Part shown: positions 1-8,126 of the stretch, piece after piece
Layout: each line of letters starts with the position of its first letter
How positions within the stretch are numbered: position 1 is the stretch's first letter
The notes under the pieces: generated by a model
Databases searched by the model: none
What the model was told of the DNA's origin: nothing
The model's input: only the letters and a program-made list of their open reading frames with translations
Made by a program: the position numbers and the translations under genes
From: Thermoflexaceae bacterium
Lineage (GTDB): Bacteria > Chloroflexota > Dehalococcoidia > Tepidiformales > Tepidiformaceae
Direction of reading: 5' to 3'
NCBI GenBank assembly: GCA_031390305.1
Contig: JANMTH010000143.1
Coordinates: forward strand, 1-19,826
Length of the DNA: 19,826 nt

Positions 1-569
1 TCGCGGAGCGCCGTCGCGACCTTGCTCCGCCAATCGGAAGCCGGCGGCGGACAGACGCCGCTCGCCCGGGAGGGGACCGCTACCGGCGGGGCCGCGAAAG
101 GGGCCGCCAGGGCTTCAGCGGCGAGCCGATCGAGGTCCTGGCAGTCGGTTGAAACCAGGAGCGTGAGGCTTCCCTCGATAGTGTCGCCGGAAAAGGCAAC
201 GAGGACCGAGGGCACCGTAAGCCGCCAGCCGCCGAACGCCTCCCAGGCCGGGTCGGTGACCGTGCCGGATGGGGAGAACCGCGCGCCGCCAAAGAACCGG
301 GGCCGCGCCTGGGGGGCCAGCGGGAGGGCGAGGGATTGGGCCATGACGGAGCGGAGACGGGTGGCGGCGTCGGCGAGCGGGGATGTGCGCCCGCCGTGGA
401 GCGTGAGCGCGTTGCCGAAGCCGAAGAGCGCTGTCCCGCCGGCGGGGAGTTCCCAGAGCACTGATGCCCGTGAGCGGAGCTCTTCCGCGCCCATCGATTC
501 GATTCTGGCGAGGAGCTCACGTGGGAGCGGGACCGAGACCAGGCGTGGGCGGGGCGCGGCGTCGGGCAT
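1..569 (-). CDS. menF: Isochorismate synthase (MenF-like), N-terminal part; the gene runs off the window start
   Basis: This ORF is absent from the supplied track because it has no stop codon in the window. Minus-strand frame with high third-position GC translates to ...MPDAAPRPRLVSVPLPRELLARIESMGAEELRSRASVLWELPAGGTALFGFGNALTLHGG...ARPRFFGGARFSPSGTVTDPAWEAFGGWRLTVPSVLVAF...ASDWRSKVATALR. The FGG-x-F-xP and LxxPxxxW blocks match the chorismate-binding N-terminus of isochorismate synthases. It lies divergent to ubiE/menG and menA. Start is uncertain: ATG at 569, or GTG at 617. Confidence 0.55.
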   Translation of the reverse strand, partial: MPDAAPRPRLVSVPLPRELLARIESMGAEELRSRASVLWELPAGGTALFGFGNALTLHGGRTSPLADAATRLRSVMAQSLALPLAPQARPRFFGGARFSPSGTVTDPAWEAFGGWRLTVPSVLVAFSGDTIEGSLTLLVSTDCQDLDRLAAEALAAPFAAPPVAVPSRASGVCPPPASDWRSKVATALR

Positions 570-819
570 CCCTTCGGGCCGCGAATCGACATGCCGGCGA
601 AGTGTGCTGGTTGTCACGAAGAGGTCGCATACCTTCTGGTGATTCGGCGTCGGCGCGCTCCGGGCGCGGCCCCGGCCGTTGCACTCATGGTATGCGGTAA
701 GCCGGGTCGGCCGACGTGAGGGGGCTCACGGCCGTGCCCCCGCAGCCGTCCCGCATTGCGGCCGGGCGTGCGAGAGTACGTTCGTGCCAACCAGCCTTCC
801 CAGCGCCGAGGCGAAGCCC

Positions 820-1482
820 GTGACCGTCCAGCGGATGTTCGACCGGATCGCCCCGCGCTACGATCGGATGAACCGCCTCCTGACGGGGGGTATGGATGTC
901 CGCTGGCGGAAGCGGGCGGTCCGCCTCCTTCGCGTTTCTCAGCCGGACCGCGTGCTCGACCTGGCCTGCGGCACGGGCGATTTTTCGCGGATGGCGGCGG
1001 CACGGGGCGCGCGCGTGGTTGGCCTCGATTTCTCACGCCGGATGCTGATCGCTGGCGACGGCCCGGGCGAGGAATCCAGCCAGTTCGTTCAGGGCGACGC
1101 CCTCCGCCTGCCGTTCGGCGACGGCGGCTTCGATGTCGCCCTCTGCGGGTTCGCCTTCCGCAACTTCGCGTCGATCCCCCCGGTCCTCGCTGAAGTGGCT
1201 CGGGTGCTGAAACCGGGCGGACGGTTCGGCGTCATCGAAGTCGACCGGCCGGGGTGCGCCATGGTGCGGGCCGGTCACGGCCTCTACTTCAATCGCCTTG
1301 TGCCGCTGATCGGGGGATTGCTTTCCGATCGGGAGGCTTACCGCTACTTGCCGGAGTCGGTAACGTACCTTCCGCCAGCGGATGAGCTGGCGGAGATGTT
1401 CAGGGCGGCTGGCTTCATCCGCTTCCGAAAGGACTCCCAGATGATGGGCGCAATCCAGTCGTTGTTCGCGGTGAGGGGCTGA
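820..1482 (+). CDS. ubiE: Demethylmenaquinone/ubiquinone C-methyltransferase (UbiE/MenG, class I SAM methyltransferase)
   Basis: Protein has YDRMN, GMDVRWRK, VLDLACGTGD, VLKPGGR, YRYLPESV and a C-terminal ...SLFAVRG, a near-textbook UbiE/MenG block order. Start is taken as GTG 820 (GAGG 10 nt upstream); in-frame ATG at 835 is the alternative. The ORF-track start at 679 is probably too long. Stop TGA at 1480-1482 overlaps the menA ATG. Confidence 0.9.
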   Translation: MTVQRMFDRIAPRYDRMNRLLTGGMDVRWRKRAVRLLRVSQPDRVLDLACGTGDFSRMAAARGARVVGLDFSRRMLIAGDGPGEESSQFVQGDALRLPFGDGGFDVALCGFAFRNFASIPPVLAEVARVLKPGGRFGVIEVDRPGCAMVRAGHGLYFNRLVPLIGGLLSDREAYRYLPESVTYLPPADELAEMFRAAGFIRFRKDSQMMGAIQSLFAVRG

Positions 1483-2390
1483 TGGCCGCCGCCGCCCGGC
1501 CCCGGCCGGACTCTCTGACGGTCTGGAAGCTGGCTGTACGGCTGCCAACGCTGACGGCTTCAGTCACGCCGGTGATCGTTGGCAGCGCCGTCGCGATCCG
1601 TGAGGACGTGTTCGACCTCCTTCCGGCGCTGGCGGCGCTGTTTGCGGCCGTCTGCCTCCAGGTCGCGGCGAACCTCGCCAACGATGTCTTCGATTTCAAG
1701 CGCGGCGCCGACACGGTAGGGACGCGGCTCGGGCCGCCCCGCGCTTCGTCCTCGGGTTGGCTGACGGCCAGACAGCTCTTCGCGGCGATGTGGACGGCGG
1801 TCGGGCTCGCCTTCCTGGCCGGGATCTACCTGACGTACGTTGGAGGGTGGCCGATCGTGGTCGTTGGGCTGGTGAGTATCGTGGCCGCGATCGGCTACAC
1901 GGGTGGGCCCTTCCCGCTCGCCTACCACGGCCTCGGCGATGCCGCCGCCTTCTTCTTTTTCGGGATCGTGGCCGTCGCGGGCGCCTACTACGTTCAGGCG
2001 GAGGAGATCTCAGGGCTGGCACTTCTCGCGGGCGTACCAGTGGGCTGCACGGTGACGGCGATCCTCGTGGTCAACAACCTGCGGGACATCGCTGGCGACC
2101 GCCTGGCACGGAAGTGGACGCTCGCCGTCCTGTTCGGCGACCGGTTGACGCGCACCTGGTACGCGCTGCTCATCGCCACCGCCTACGGAGTCGCCATCGC
2201 GGCGATAGTGGCGGGCGAGAGGCCGTGGCTCGGAGCCGTCGTCCTCGTCTCCATCCCCGCGGCCGTGGGGCCGCTGCGGGGCGTGCTCACGGGGACAACG
2301 GGGCCCGCGCTGAACCCATTGCTGAAGGCAACGGCGCGCCTCAATCTGGTTCTGGGCCTGAGTTTCGCCGTCGCCCTCGCGGCCTCGTAG
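1482..2390 (+). CDS. menA: 1,4-dihydroxy-2-naphthoate polyprenyltransferase (MenA, UbiA superfamily)
   Basis: Polytopic membrane protein with NLANDVFDFKRGAD (first Asp-rich motif) and VVNNLRDIAGDRLARKWTLAVLFG (second motif), characteristic of MenA. ATG overlaps the upstream stop (TGATG), indicating translational coupling. Confidence 0.9.
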   Translation: MAAAARPRPDSLTVWKLAVRLPTLTASVTPVIVGSAVAIREDVFDLLPALAALFAAVCLQVAANLANDVFDFKRGADTVGTRLGPPRASSSGWLTARQLFAAMWTAVGLAFLAGIYLTYVGGWPIVVVGLVSIVAAIGYTGGPFPLAYHGLGDAAAFFFFGIVAVAGAYYVQAEEISGLALLAGVPVGCTVTAILVVNNLRDIAGDRLARKWTLAVLFGDRLTRTWYALLIATAYGVAIAAIVAGERPWLGAVVLVSIPAAVGPLRGVLTGTTGPALNPLLKATARLNLVLGLSFAVALAAS

Positions 2391-2392
2391 GG

Positions 2393-3394
2393 TCAACCGG
2401 CGGGCAAGGAAGCTCTCGGCGTCAGGCCCCGATTGGCTACGATCTCCGGCCAGCGGCCCCGCATCAGGTCCACGACGGCCTGGCCGACCCGCCGCTTCAT
2501 GGTGTCGAAGGCGAGGTCGCTGTAGGAGGCCGAGTGCGGTGTGAGGACGACGTTGTCCATCTTCAGGAGCGGCGAGTCCGGGGAGAGGGGCTCCTTCTCG
2601 AAGACATCGAGGCCGGCGCTGGCTATCGTGCCCCCCTGGAGCGCGGCGATGAGCGCCTGTTCGTCCACCACCGGCCCTCGGCCCGTGTTGATGAAGCAGG
2701 CGGAAGGCTTCATCCGGGCGAATTGGGCGGTGCTGAAGAGGTGGTGGGTATCCCCGTTCAGGGGAGTGTGGACGGAGACGTAGTCCGACTGTTCGAGCAG
2801 GGCATCGAGCGTGGGCACGCGTTCCACACCGAGCCGCGCGAACGGTTCATCGCTGGCGAAGGGGTCGAACGAGACGACCTTCATCCCGAGCGCCTGGGCG
2901 CGTGGGGCGACCGCCTGGGCGATGTTTCCGAAGGCGACGAGGCCGAGCGTCTCGCCCCAGATAGAGCCCATGGGGCCCAACGCTCCGTCCCGCCAGCGGC
3001 CCTCGCGCATGACGCGCTGGAGCAGTGTCAGCTTCTTCGCGGCGGCGAGGAGGAGCATGATGGCGTGGTTCGCCACTTCGGGCATGCAGAAGTCCGGGAA
3101 GTGGGCGACGACGATCCCGTGTTCGGTCGCCGCCGGGAGATCGAGGGTGTCGAGGCCTACGCCGTAGCGGACGATGAGCTTGCAACGCGGCATGTTCTCC
3201 ATCACCCGGCGCGTGACCTGTGCGCCGAGCACAAGGAGGGCGTCGGCCTCGCGGACGTTCTCGATGAGTTCGTCCTCGGAGCGGGAGCGGGTGAGGCGGA
3301 GGGCGGCGCCGGCGCCTTCGATGACCTCGCGCTCGATCTCGAAGGACATGGTCGGCGGAGCGTCGGTATGGACGGCGAGAAAAGTGTCAGCCAT
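2393..3394 (-). CDS. D-isomer-specific 2-hydroxyacid dehydrogenase family (PGDH/CtBP-like), NAD(P)-binding
   Basis: GLVAFGNIAQAV Rossmann motif, catalytic-region blocks (FINTGRGPVVDEQAL, GLDVFEKEP, LTPHSAS). 333 aa. Convergent with menA with only a 2-bp gap. Confidence 0.85.
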   Translation of the reverse strand: MADTFLAVHTDAPPTMSFEIEREVIEGAGAALRLTRSRSEDELIENVREADALLVLGAQVTRRVMENMPRCKLIVRYGVGLDTLDLPAATEHGIVVAHFPDFCMPEVANHAIMLLLAAAKKLTLLQRVMREGRWRDGALGPMGSIWGETLGLVAFGNIAQAVAPRAQALGMKVVSFDPFASDEPFARLGVERVPTLDALLEQSDYVSVHTPLNGDTHHLFSTAQFARMKPSACFINTGRGPVVDEQALIAALQGGTIASAGLDVFEKEPLSPDSPLLKMDNVVLTPHSASYSDLAFDTMKRRVGQAVVDLMRGRWPEIVANRGLTPRASLPAG

Positions 3395-3442
3395 GGCGAC
3401 GAAGGATGGGCGGAGCGGGGCGGGCTGTCAAAGGCGAATCGT

Positions 3443-4096
3443 TCAGGCCTCGCAGCCGGGATTCGGAGGGTTGAAGCCCGTCACGCGGAACGTCTCGGTC
3501 GCCTCGTCGAACAGAAGGCCGACTTCGCTGAGGTGCGTTTCGATCACCCAGGCGCCCTTGCCAGCGTAGTAGAGATGGATCGCGAGGGGCCAGGGCTCAC
3601 CGCCGGGAGGGAGCTCGACGCATTCCCGGAAGGTTCTGCCGGTCGGCATCCGCACCCCTGCGGCGGCGGCGAGAACGGCCTTCTCGGTCATCCTCGGCAG
3701 GTCGAGCGGGCTCGCCGGGGGTTCGGTGACGACGGCGGACGGAGCGGGTGGCGCTACTGGAGCGGCCGGTGGCGGCGCGGTCGCGAGGGCGGGCTCGACT
3801 CGTTGCGCGCGTTGGGGTGTGAGTAAAGGTGCGGTCGGCGCCGGGCTGGGATCGTCCCGGGCCGCTACCGGCGGGCTCGCGACGAGCCGGGGCTCCGCGG
3901 TGGGAGTGGCGGCCTCGAATGCTGAGGATTCGGCCGCCTGGGTGGCGGCGCCAGCAATCGTCGCGGCGGGGCCGGGCGACGATGACGCGGGCGGGGCGCC
4001 GGCGCCATCAGCGGCCAGTGCCAGGCCAACGGCTACCAGTCCAACAGCGCTGGCAGCCAATACTCCGCGGAAGGCCATCCCCCGGCCGATCGTCAT
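3443..4096 (-). CDS. Hypothetical exported/membrane-anchored protein: N-terminal signal/anchor, long Pro/Ala-rich linker, C-terminal ~90-aa globular domain of unknown family
   Basis: Start chosen at ATG 4096 (MTIGRGMAFRGVLAASAVGLVAVGLALA = hydrophobic signal/anchor). Then APPASSSPGPAAT...APPPAAPVAPPAPSAVV low-complexity linker. The C-terminal ...GRTFRECVELPPGGEPWPLAIHLYYAGKGAWVIETHLSEVGLLFDEATETFRVTGF is not recognised. The upstream part of the track ORF (to 4231) is Arg-rich and looks non-coding. Confidence 0.5.
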   Translation of the reverse strand: MTIGRGMAFRGVLAASAVGLVAVGLALAADGAGAPPASSSPGPAATIAGAATQAAESSAFEAATPTAEPRLVASPPVAARDDPSPAPTAPLLTPQRAQRVEPALATAPPPAAPVAPPAPSAVVTEPPASPLDLPRMTEKAVLAAAAGVRMPTGRTFRECVELPPGGEPWPLAIHLYYAGKGAWVIETHLSEVGLLFDEATETFRVTGFNPPNPGCEA

Positions 4097-4318
4097 GACA
4101 CAAGTGTACGCCCGGCGGCGTGCCGGATCAGCGCCGGCGCACCCCTGGCCCGCCCGACCCAACCGGCCGCCGGCCGGGGCGGCTCCAGAACACGAGACCA
4201 CCGAGAGCGCCAACCATCGCAAGAGAACCAATGAAGATGTCCATACGCCAAGGATGCCCGGCGGCGCGACATCCCCTGACGCGTTGCGTTGGCCGCGTCC
4301 GTTGGCGGCTGAACGCGG

Positions 4319-4954
4319 CTAACCGATGGTGACGCGGGCAGTGAGCGCGGTCACCATCGGCGCTCCGGGCTTCCGCCGGAAGAGGTGGCCGCGCGTCTCC
4401 CAACGTCCGTTGGAGAAGCGAACATGGGTGGCGAGCTCTCCGCGCCGTTCCGGCTCCCGCCAGAGGACGTTGCTGACATCGCGATCGAACTGCCAGCGTG
4501 TTTCCGTGATGCGGAAGCCGAGGGCCTCATAGGCGCGGTGGGCATGCGTGGCGAAGGAGTTCGAGATGAGAACGAAGTCGCGGTTCGGGAGGTTCGCTTC
4601 CATCCAGGTCATGAGCGCCGCGAGCATGCGGCGGCAGACGGCACGGCCTTCGTGTTCCGGTGGCACGTGCACCGACCAGAGGTAGAGTCCGGCCGTGTCT
4701 TCGAGATTTACGGAGACGCGGCCGACGGCGAACCCGCCTTCACAGGCGATGATGTGCCGTTGGGAGGCGGTCTGCCGGAGGCGAAGCAAGGTGCGGGCGA
4801 TTTCACCGCGCTCGCGCAGGCCGGCCATATCGAACGCATGGTAGGGAAAGCCGCGGACACCCCAATTCGCCACCTGCCTCGCCAGGGCGGTCTCCCAGGG
4901 CCGGAGTTCGAGGCCGAAGCCCACAATCGGGTCCCAACCGGGGTCCGCGCTCAC
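4319..4954 (-). CDS. GNAT-family N-acetyltransferase (second of a tandem pair) with a ~60-aa C-terminal extension
   Basis: Core HIIACEGGFAVGRVSV...LYLWSVHVPPEHEGRAVCRRMLAALMTWME...FATHAHRAYEALGF fits GNAT beta4-alpha3 acetyl-CoA motif. Start is taken as GTG 4954, overlapping the upstream GNAT stop (GTGA); in-frame ATG (MAGLRERG...) is the alternative. The 5' part of the 332-aa track ORF (4955-5317) is an Arg-rich out-of-frame artefact. Confidence 0.55.
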   Translation of the reverse strand: MSADPGWDPIVGFGLELRPWETALARQVANWGVRGFPYHAFDMAGLRERGEIARTLLRLRQTASQRHIIACEGGFAVGRVSVNLEDTAGLYLWSVHVPPEHEGRAVCRRMLAALMTWMEANLPNRDFVLISNSFATHAHRAYEALGFRITETRWQFDRDVSNVLWREPERRGELATHVRFSNGRWETRGHLFRRKPGAPMVTALTARVTIG

Positions 4955-5442
4955 GACCAGTCCCTCGACGCTTCGCGGCCGGGATCGAGCACGGCCTCGA
5001 GAATGTCGTCGCGGACGGCGAAGCCGTGCCGCGCGTAGAGCGAACGCGAACGGTCCGTGGGCCAGAGGAGGACGGAATCGACGCGCCGCTCGCGGCACCA
5101 GGCCATCGCGGCGGCTACGAGCCGTTCGCCGGCCGCCTTCCCGCGCGCGGCCGGGCGAACATAGACGTTGGTGATGTAGCCGTGCAGTTCCAGTTCGAGC
5201 GCTGGATTCGGGATCTTTTCGATGAGCTGGAGCCAGAGGTTGCCAGCGATCGCGCCCTCTACCTCCACCACCCAGGCGCGCCACGTCCCGCCCTGATCGA
5301 GCCGCGATCGCATCCACGGCGTGCAGCGGGCCACGAAAGCAGCCTCGTCCTCGCTGACGGGGCCATGGGCGGCGCGGAACTCGAAGCGCAGCCGGGCGAG
5401 TTCCAGCGCGTCTTCCGCCGTTGCCATGCGAATCGCCGTCAC
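4951..5442 (-). CDS. GNAT-family N-acetyltransferase
   Basis: 163 aa. VYVRPAARGKAAGERLVAAAMAWCRERRVDSVLL is a canonical R/Q-x-x-G-x-G/A acetyl-CoA binding motif. Start is GTG 5442 or ATG 5427. Confidence 0.8.
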   Translation of the reverse strand: MTAIRMATAEDALELARLRFEFRAAHGPVSEDEAAFVARCTPWMRSRLDQGGTWRAWVVEVEGAIAGNLWLQLIEKIPNPALELELHGYITNVYVRPAARGKAAGERLVAAAMAWCRERRVDSVLLWPTDRSRSLYARHGFAVRDDILEAVLDPGREASRDWS

Positions 5443-5547
5443 GGGCGACAGTATGCCGGAAATGGGGGAAAGGCGTTGCCGGCCGTCGCTTCGTGGCGGA
5501 TCCGGCGGGACGCGATCAGTTGTTGCGGCCTTTTCGCAAGGCAGGCG

Positions 5548-7386
5548 CTAGCCGCGTCCGGCGGCCACGGCCTTTCGTGTACGGCCGCCCGGTTCGGCGC
5601 CGACGGTGCGAAGCGCGCCCACCAGCCGTTCTTGCGTGAACGGCTTCTGCAAGAGGCCGGCGATGGAGCGTTTCATCGCGTCATCGATATGGGCGGCGGG
5701 CGCATAGCCGGTACAGACGATAACCGGCAGATCCGGGCGGATCGCGGCGACGGCGCGATAGACCTCGCGGCCGGACATCCCCGGCATCACGAGGTCGAGC
5801 AGCATCGCGGAGAAACGTCCCGGCCGGGCCGTCACCATTTCGACGGCGAGCGGGCCGTTGGACACCTCGATCACGCTGTAGCCGGCGCTGCGGAGGGCGG
5901 CGGCGGTGGCGCGCCGCGCGAGGTCGTCGTCGTCAACGAGGAGGACGAGGTCGCCATCGCCCGCGTCGAGGTCGAGCGGGGAAACGGGCGCCTGCACGAG
6001 GAGCGGGAAGAACATGCGGAAGGTGGTTCCGTTGTCCGGCGCGGAATCGACCTCTATCTGGCCGTGGTGGCCTTCAACGATGCCGTATGCGATGGAGAGG
6101 CCGAGGCCCGTTCCACTTCCCGGCGCCTTGGTCGTGAAAAAGGGCTCGAAGATCCGCGCCCGAACATTCGGTTCCATACCGGGGCCGTCGTCCTGAACTT
6201 CGAGGCAGGCGAACCCGTCCCGGCGGCCGAGCCGGATGTTCACGGTGCCGCCTTCCATCAGGACGTCGCGGGCGTTGAGGACGATGTTCAAAAGCGCCTG
6301 CTGGATCTGCCCGAAGTCCCCTTCGATCGTCACGTCCTCGACAGGCATCTCCCAGGCGACGCGGACCCGATCGTGAATGGTCGGCTGGATGAGGCGGATC
6401 GTCTCGCTCACGACCTCGCGGAGATCCACCGGGACGATGCGGGCGAGGCCACCGCGAGAGAAGGCGAGCAGGCGGCCAGCGATATCGGCGCCTCGCCTGG
6501 CGGATTGCTCAACCAGGTAGAGGTGCTCGCGGTCCATGTCGTCGAGGCCGGGGGAAAGCTTGACGATCCCCGCGAACCCGAGGATGGCGGTGAGCAGGTT
6601 GTTGAAGTCGTGGGCGACACCGCCGGCCATCGTGCCAAGGCTCTCCATCTTCTGGGCCTGGATGAGCGCCTGTTCGTTCTTTCGCTGCTCGCTGATGTCG
6701 GTGGCCACGCCGGCGAGGCCGGCCATCGCGCCGTCTTCGTCGAAAATCGGCTCGTACCGCGATTCGAAGGTTCGGCCCACCAGCTCTACCGGTTCAGAGA
6801 ACGCCTCGCCAGTCAGGCCGCGGCGCACGCTGCGGATGAACTCGGGGTAGCGCGAACCCATCTTGAAGATCGTTTCACCCGCCGTGGGGCGTTCGGATGG
6901 GGGAAGCAGATCGAGCGCGCGGCCCCCGGCGACGAGGCAGGTTCCGTCGCGATCAACCACCCAGAGCAAGGCGGGGACGGCATCGACGAGGGCGCGCATC
7001 TGGCGCTCCTTGATCTTCCGCGTGTCCTCGCCGGCATTCTGGTCGGCCGGATGGGCGGTAAGCACGACGACGGCGCCCCCTTGCAGGGGCAGGAGCGAAG
7101 ATTGCCAATCGAGGAGTCGTCCGCCGCCTGAGGTTAGCCACGTCAGGCGGGCCTGGCCGCCTGGCCATTTGACCACGCGGATGAGCTCCGCCCATTCGCC
7201 AGCCGGGACGAAGTCCTGGAGGAGGACGGCGTGGACAGCGGCGGAGGTGACGCCGAGGGCAGACTGCGCCGCCATATTGACCAGCGCGATGCGGGCATCC
7301 GCCTCCACGACGACCACGGGGGCGTGCACTGCGTCTATCGTGGCCTGGACAACGGCAAGCGCCGCCAGGTGTGCTGGGTCGGTCAA
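5548..7386 (-). CDS. Cytoplasmic hybrid sensor histidine kinase: PAS-PAS-HisKA-HATPase_c-REC
   Basis: No TM segments. H-box ESLGTMAGGVAHDFNNLL; N/G boxes (LNIVLNARD, DDGPGM, GTGLGLSIAYGIV). C-terminal receiver LVLLVDDDDLARR...LLDLVMPGMSG...VIVCTGYA. TTG start at 7386 is preceded by GAGGAGG with 6-nt spacing. Confidence 0.9.
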   Translation of the reverse strand: MTDPAHLAALAVVQATIDAVHAPVVVVEADARIALVNMAAQSALGVTSAAVHAVLLQDFVPAGEWAELIRVVKWPGGQARLTWLTSGGGRLLDWQSSLLPLQGGAVVVLTAHPADQNAGEDTRKIKERQMRALVDAVPALLWVVDRDGTCLVAGGRALDLLPPSERPTAGETIFKMGSRYPEFIRSVRRGLTGEAFSEPVELVGRTFESRYEPIFDEDGAMAGLAGVATDISEQRKNEQALIQAQKMESLGTMAGGVAHDFNNLLTAILGFAGIVKLSPGLDDMDREHLYLVEQSARRGADIAGRLLAFSRGGLARIVPVDLREVVSETIRLIQPTIHDRVRVAWEMPVEDVTIEGDFGQIQQALLNIVLNARDVLMEGGTVNIRLGRRDGFACLEVQDDGPGMEPNVRARIFEPFFTTKAPGSGTGLGLSIAYGIVEGHHGQIEVDSAPDNGTTFRMFFPLLVQAPVSPLDLDAGDGDLVLLVDDDDLARRATAAALRSAGYSVIEVSNGPLAVEMVTARPGRFSAMLLDLVMPGMSGREVYRAVAAIRPDLPVIVCTGYAPAAHIDDAMKRSIAGLLQKPFTQERLVGALRTVGAEPGGRTRKAVAAGRG

Positions 7387-7467
7387 GCAGGACCTCCTCG
7401 GTAGTCGAGAAGCTGGGGGCGTCCGCTAAGGGTCAGCATCGTTTGTGTGAATGTAACGTGATCAATC

Positions 7468-8073
7468 TCAGGAGGAACTCAGGGATCTCCCTACTTCTTT
7501 ACCCGTGTCGCCGCTTATGGCAACCACGAGCAACGCAATCGCACGATGGAGGGCGCGAGCCGGGTCGCCGCCCATTCGGAACTGCCCGGCGAGGGCCAGC
7601 GTCGCGTATCCGTGGACGAGCGACCAGAACGCCTGGGCGAGGTCGAGGACGTCCGCTGCCGGATCGATTGCGGCGACGGCCCGGAACAGCGCCTCGCTCG
7701 CCTTCGCCCCGGATTCCAGGTCGGGCGCGGCGCCAACGGGGCAGGGGCCGAAGGTGATAGCGAAGAGATGGGGATTCGCGAAGGCGAAGCTGGCGTACGT
7801 ATCGCCCAGCCGATGGAGGGCAGACGCCGGGTCGGATTCAACGTCGATCGCCGCCATATCGTCTCCGAGTTCGGCGAGCGCGCGCCGAATCAGTAAACCA
7901 AGGATCTGCTCGCGGCCGCGGACGTGGAAGTAGAGAGACGGCGCGCTGACGCCGAGCCGGCGGGCAAGCTCACGCATCGTCACGACGTCGGGGCCACCCT
8001 CTTCGAGAAGGGCGCGGGACTCGCTGAGGATGCCGTCGAGGTCGATACGTGACGGTGTGGGCACACCTAACAC
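7468..8073 (-). CDS. TetR/AcrR-family transcriptional regulator
   Basis: N-terminal HTH (VTMRELARRLGVSAPSLYFHV). About 200 aa all-helical C-terminal domain. Start is GTG at 8073, inside the palindromic operator. Confidence 0.85.
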   Translation of the reverse strand: MLGVPTPSRIDLDGILSESRALLEEGGPDVVTMRELARRLGVSAPSLYFHVRGREQILGLLIRRALAELGDDMAAIDVESDPASALHRLGDTYASFAFANPHLFAITFGPCPVGAAPDLESGAKASEALFRAVAAIDPAADVLDLAQAFWSLVHGYATLALAGQFRMGGDPARALHRAIALLVVAISGDTGKEVGRSLSSS

Positions 8074-8116
8074 CGTAAGGCTTGACGGCCGATGACTGCA
8101 AACTTACAGTGTTAGG
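8066..8116. promoter_or_regulatory. Palindromic TetR-type operator plus sigma70-like promoter for the nitroreductase gene
   Basis: CCTAACACCGTAAG (8066-8079) and CTTACAGTGTTAGG (8103-8116) form a 13/14 inverted repeat with a 23-bp spacer. Between them are TTGACG (8082-8087), a 17-nt spacer and TACAGT (8105-8110), so the right half-site overlaps the -10. The left half-site overlaps the TetR GTG start. Confidence 0.5.
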
Positions 8117-8126
8117 CATCACGCTC

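Noticed and set aside
22-642. 206-aa + ORF and overlapping 170-aa - ORF (80-592) at the window start
   Set aside because: Both are Arg/Ser/Pro/Ala-rich with mixed third-position composition. The third minus-strand frame has high GC3 and a chorismate-utilising-enzyme-like N-terminus, and is called as partial menF instead.
679-834. N-terminal 52 codons of the track's ubiE ORF, and similarly 10833-10904, 14371-14685, 16452-16589, 8082-8126, 12346-12450, 4097-4231 extensions of track ORFs
   Set aside because: Upstream extensions are Arg-rich or low-complexity, and precede good RBS/start combinations or promoter elements. Starts were moved to internal ATG/GTG codons that align with family N-termini.
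1757-3826. 689-aa + strand ORF (also 5026-7131 +, 701 aa; 9329-10669 +, 446 aa; 12225-14336 +, 703 aa; 16494-18170 -, 558 aa; 15430-16218 -, 262 aa)
   Set aside because: All lie antisense to genes with clear family signatures (dehydrogenase, HK, flotillin, AOR, permeases, SBP). They have Arg/Gly/Asp/His-rich low-complexity translations and no recognisable motifs. They are typical stop-codon-poor antisense frames of high-GC DNA.
4128-4244. 38-codon hydrophobic mini-ORF (MDIFIGSLAMVGALGGLVFWSRP...) just upstream of the exported hypothetical
   Set aside because: No SD. Third-codon positions are T-rich, unlike the genome's strong GC3 bias. Probably chance; it would need peptide or Ribo-seq evidence.
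5443-5547. TTGCG-GCCTTTT-CGCAA hairpin after the HK stop as a terminator
   Set aside because: Only a 5-bp stem with 7-nt loop and no U-tract. Too weak to call.
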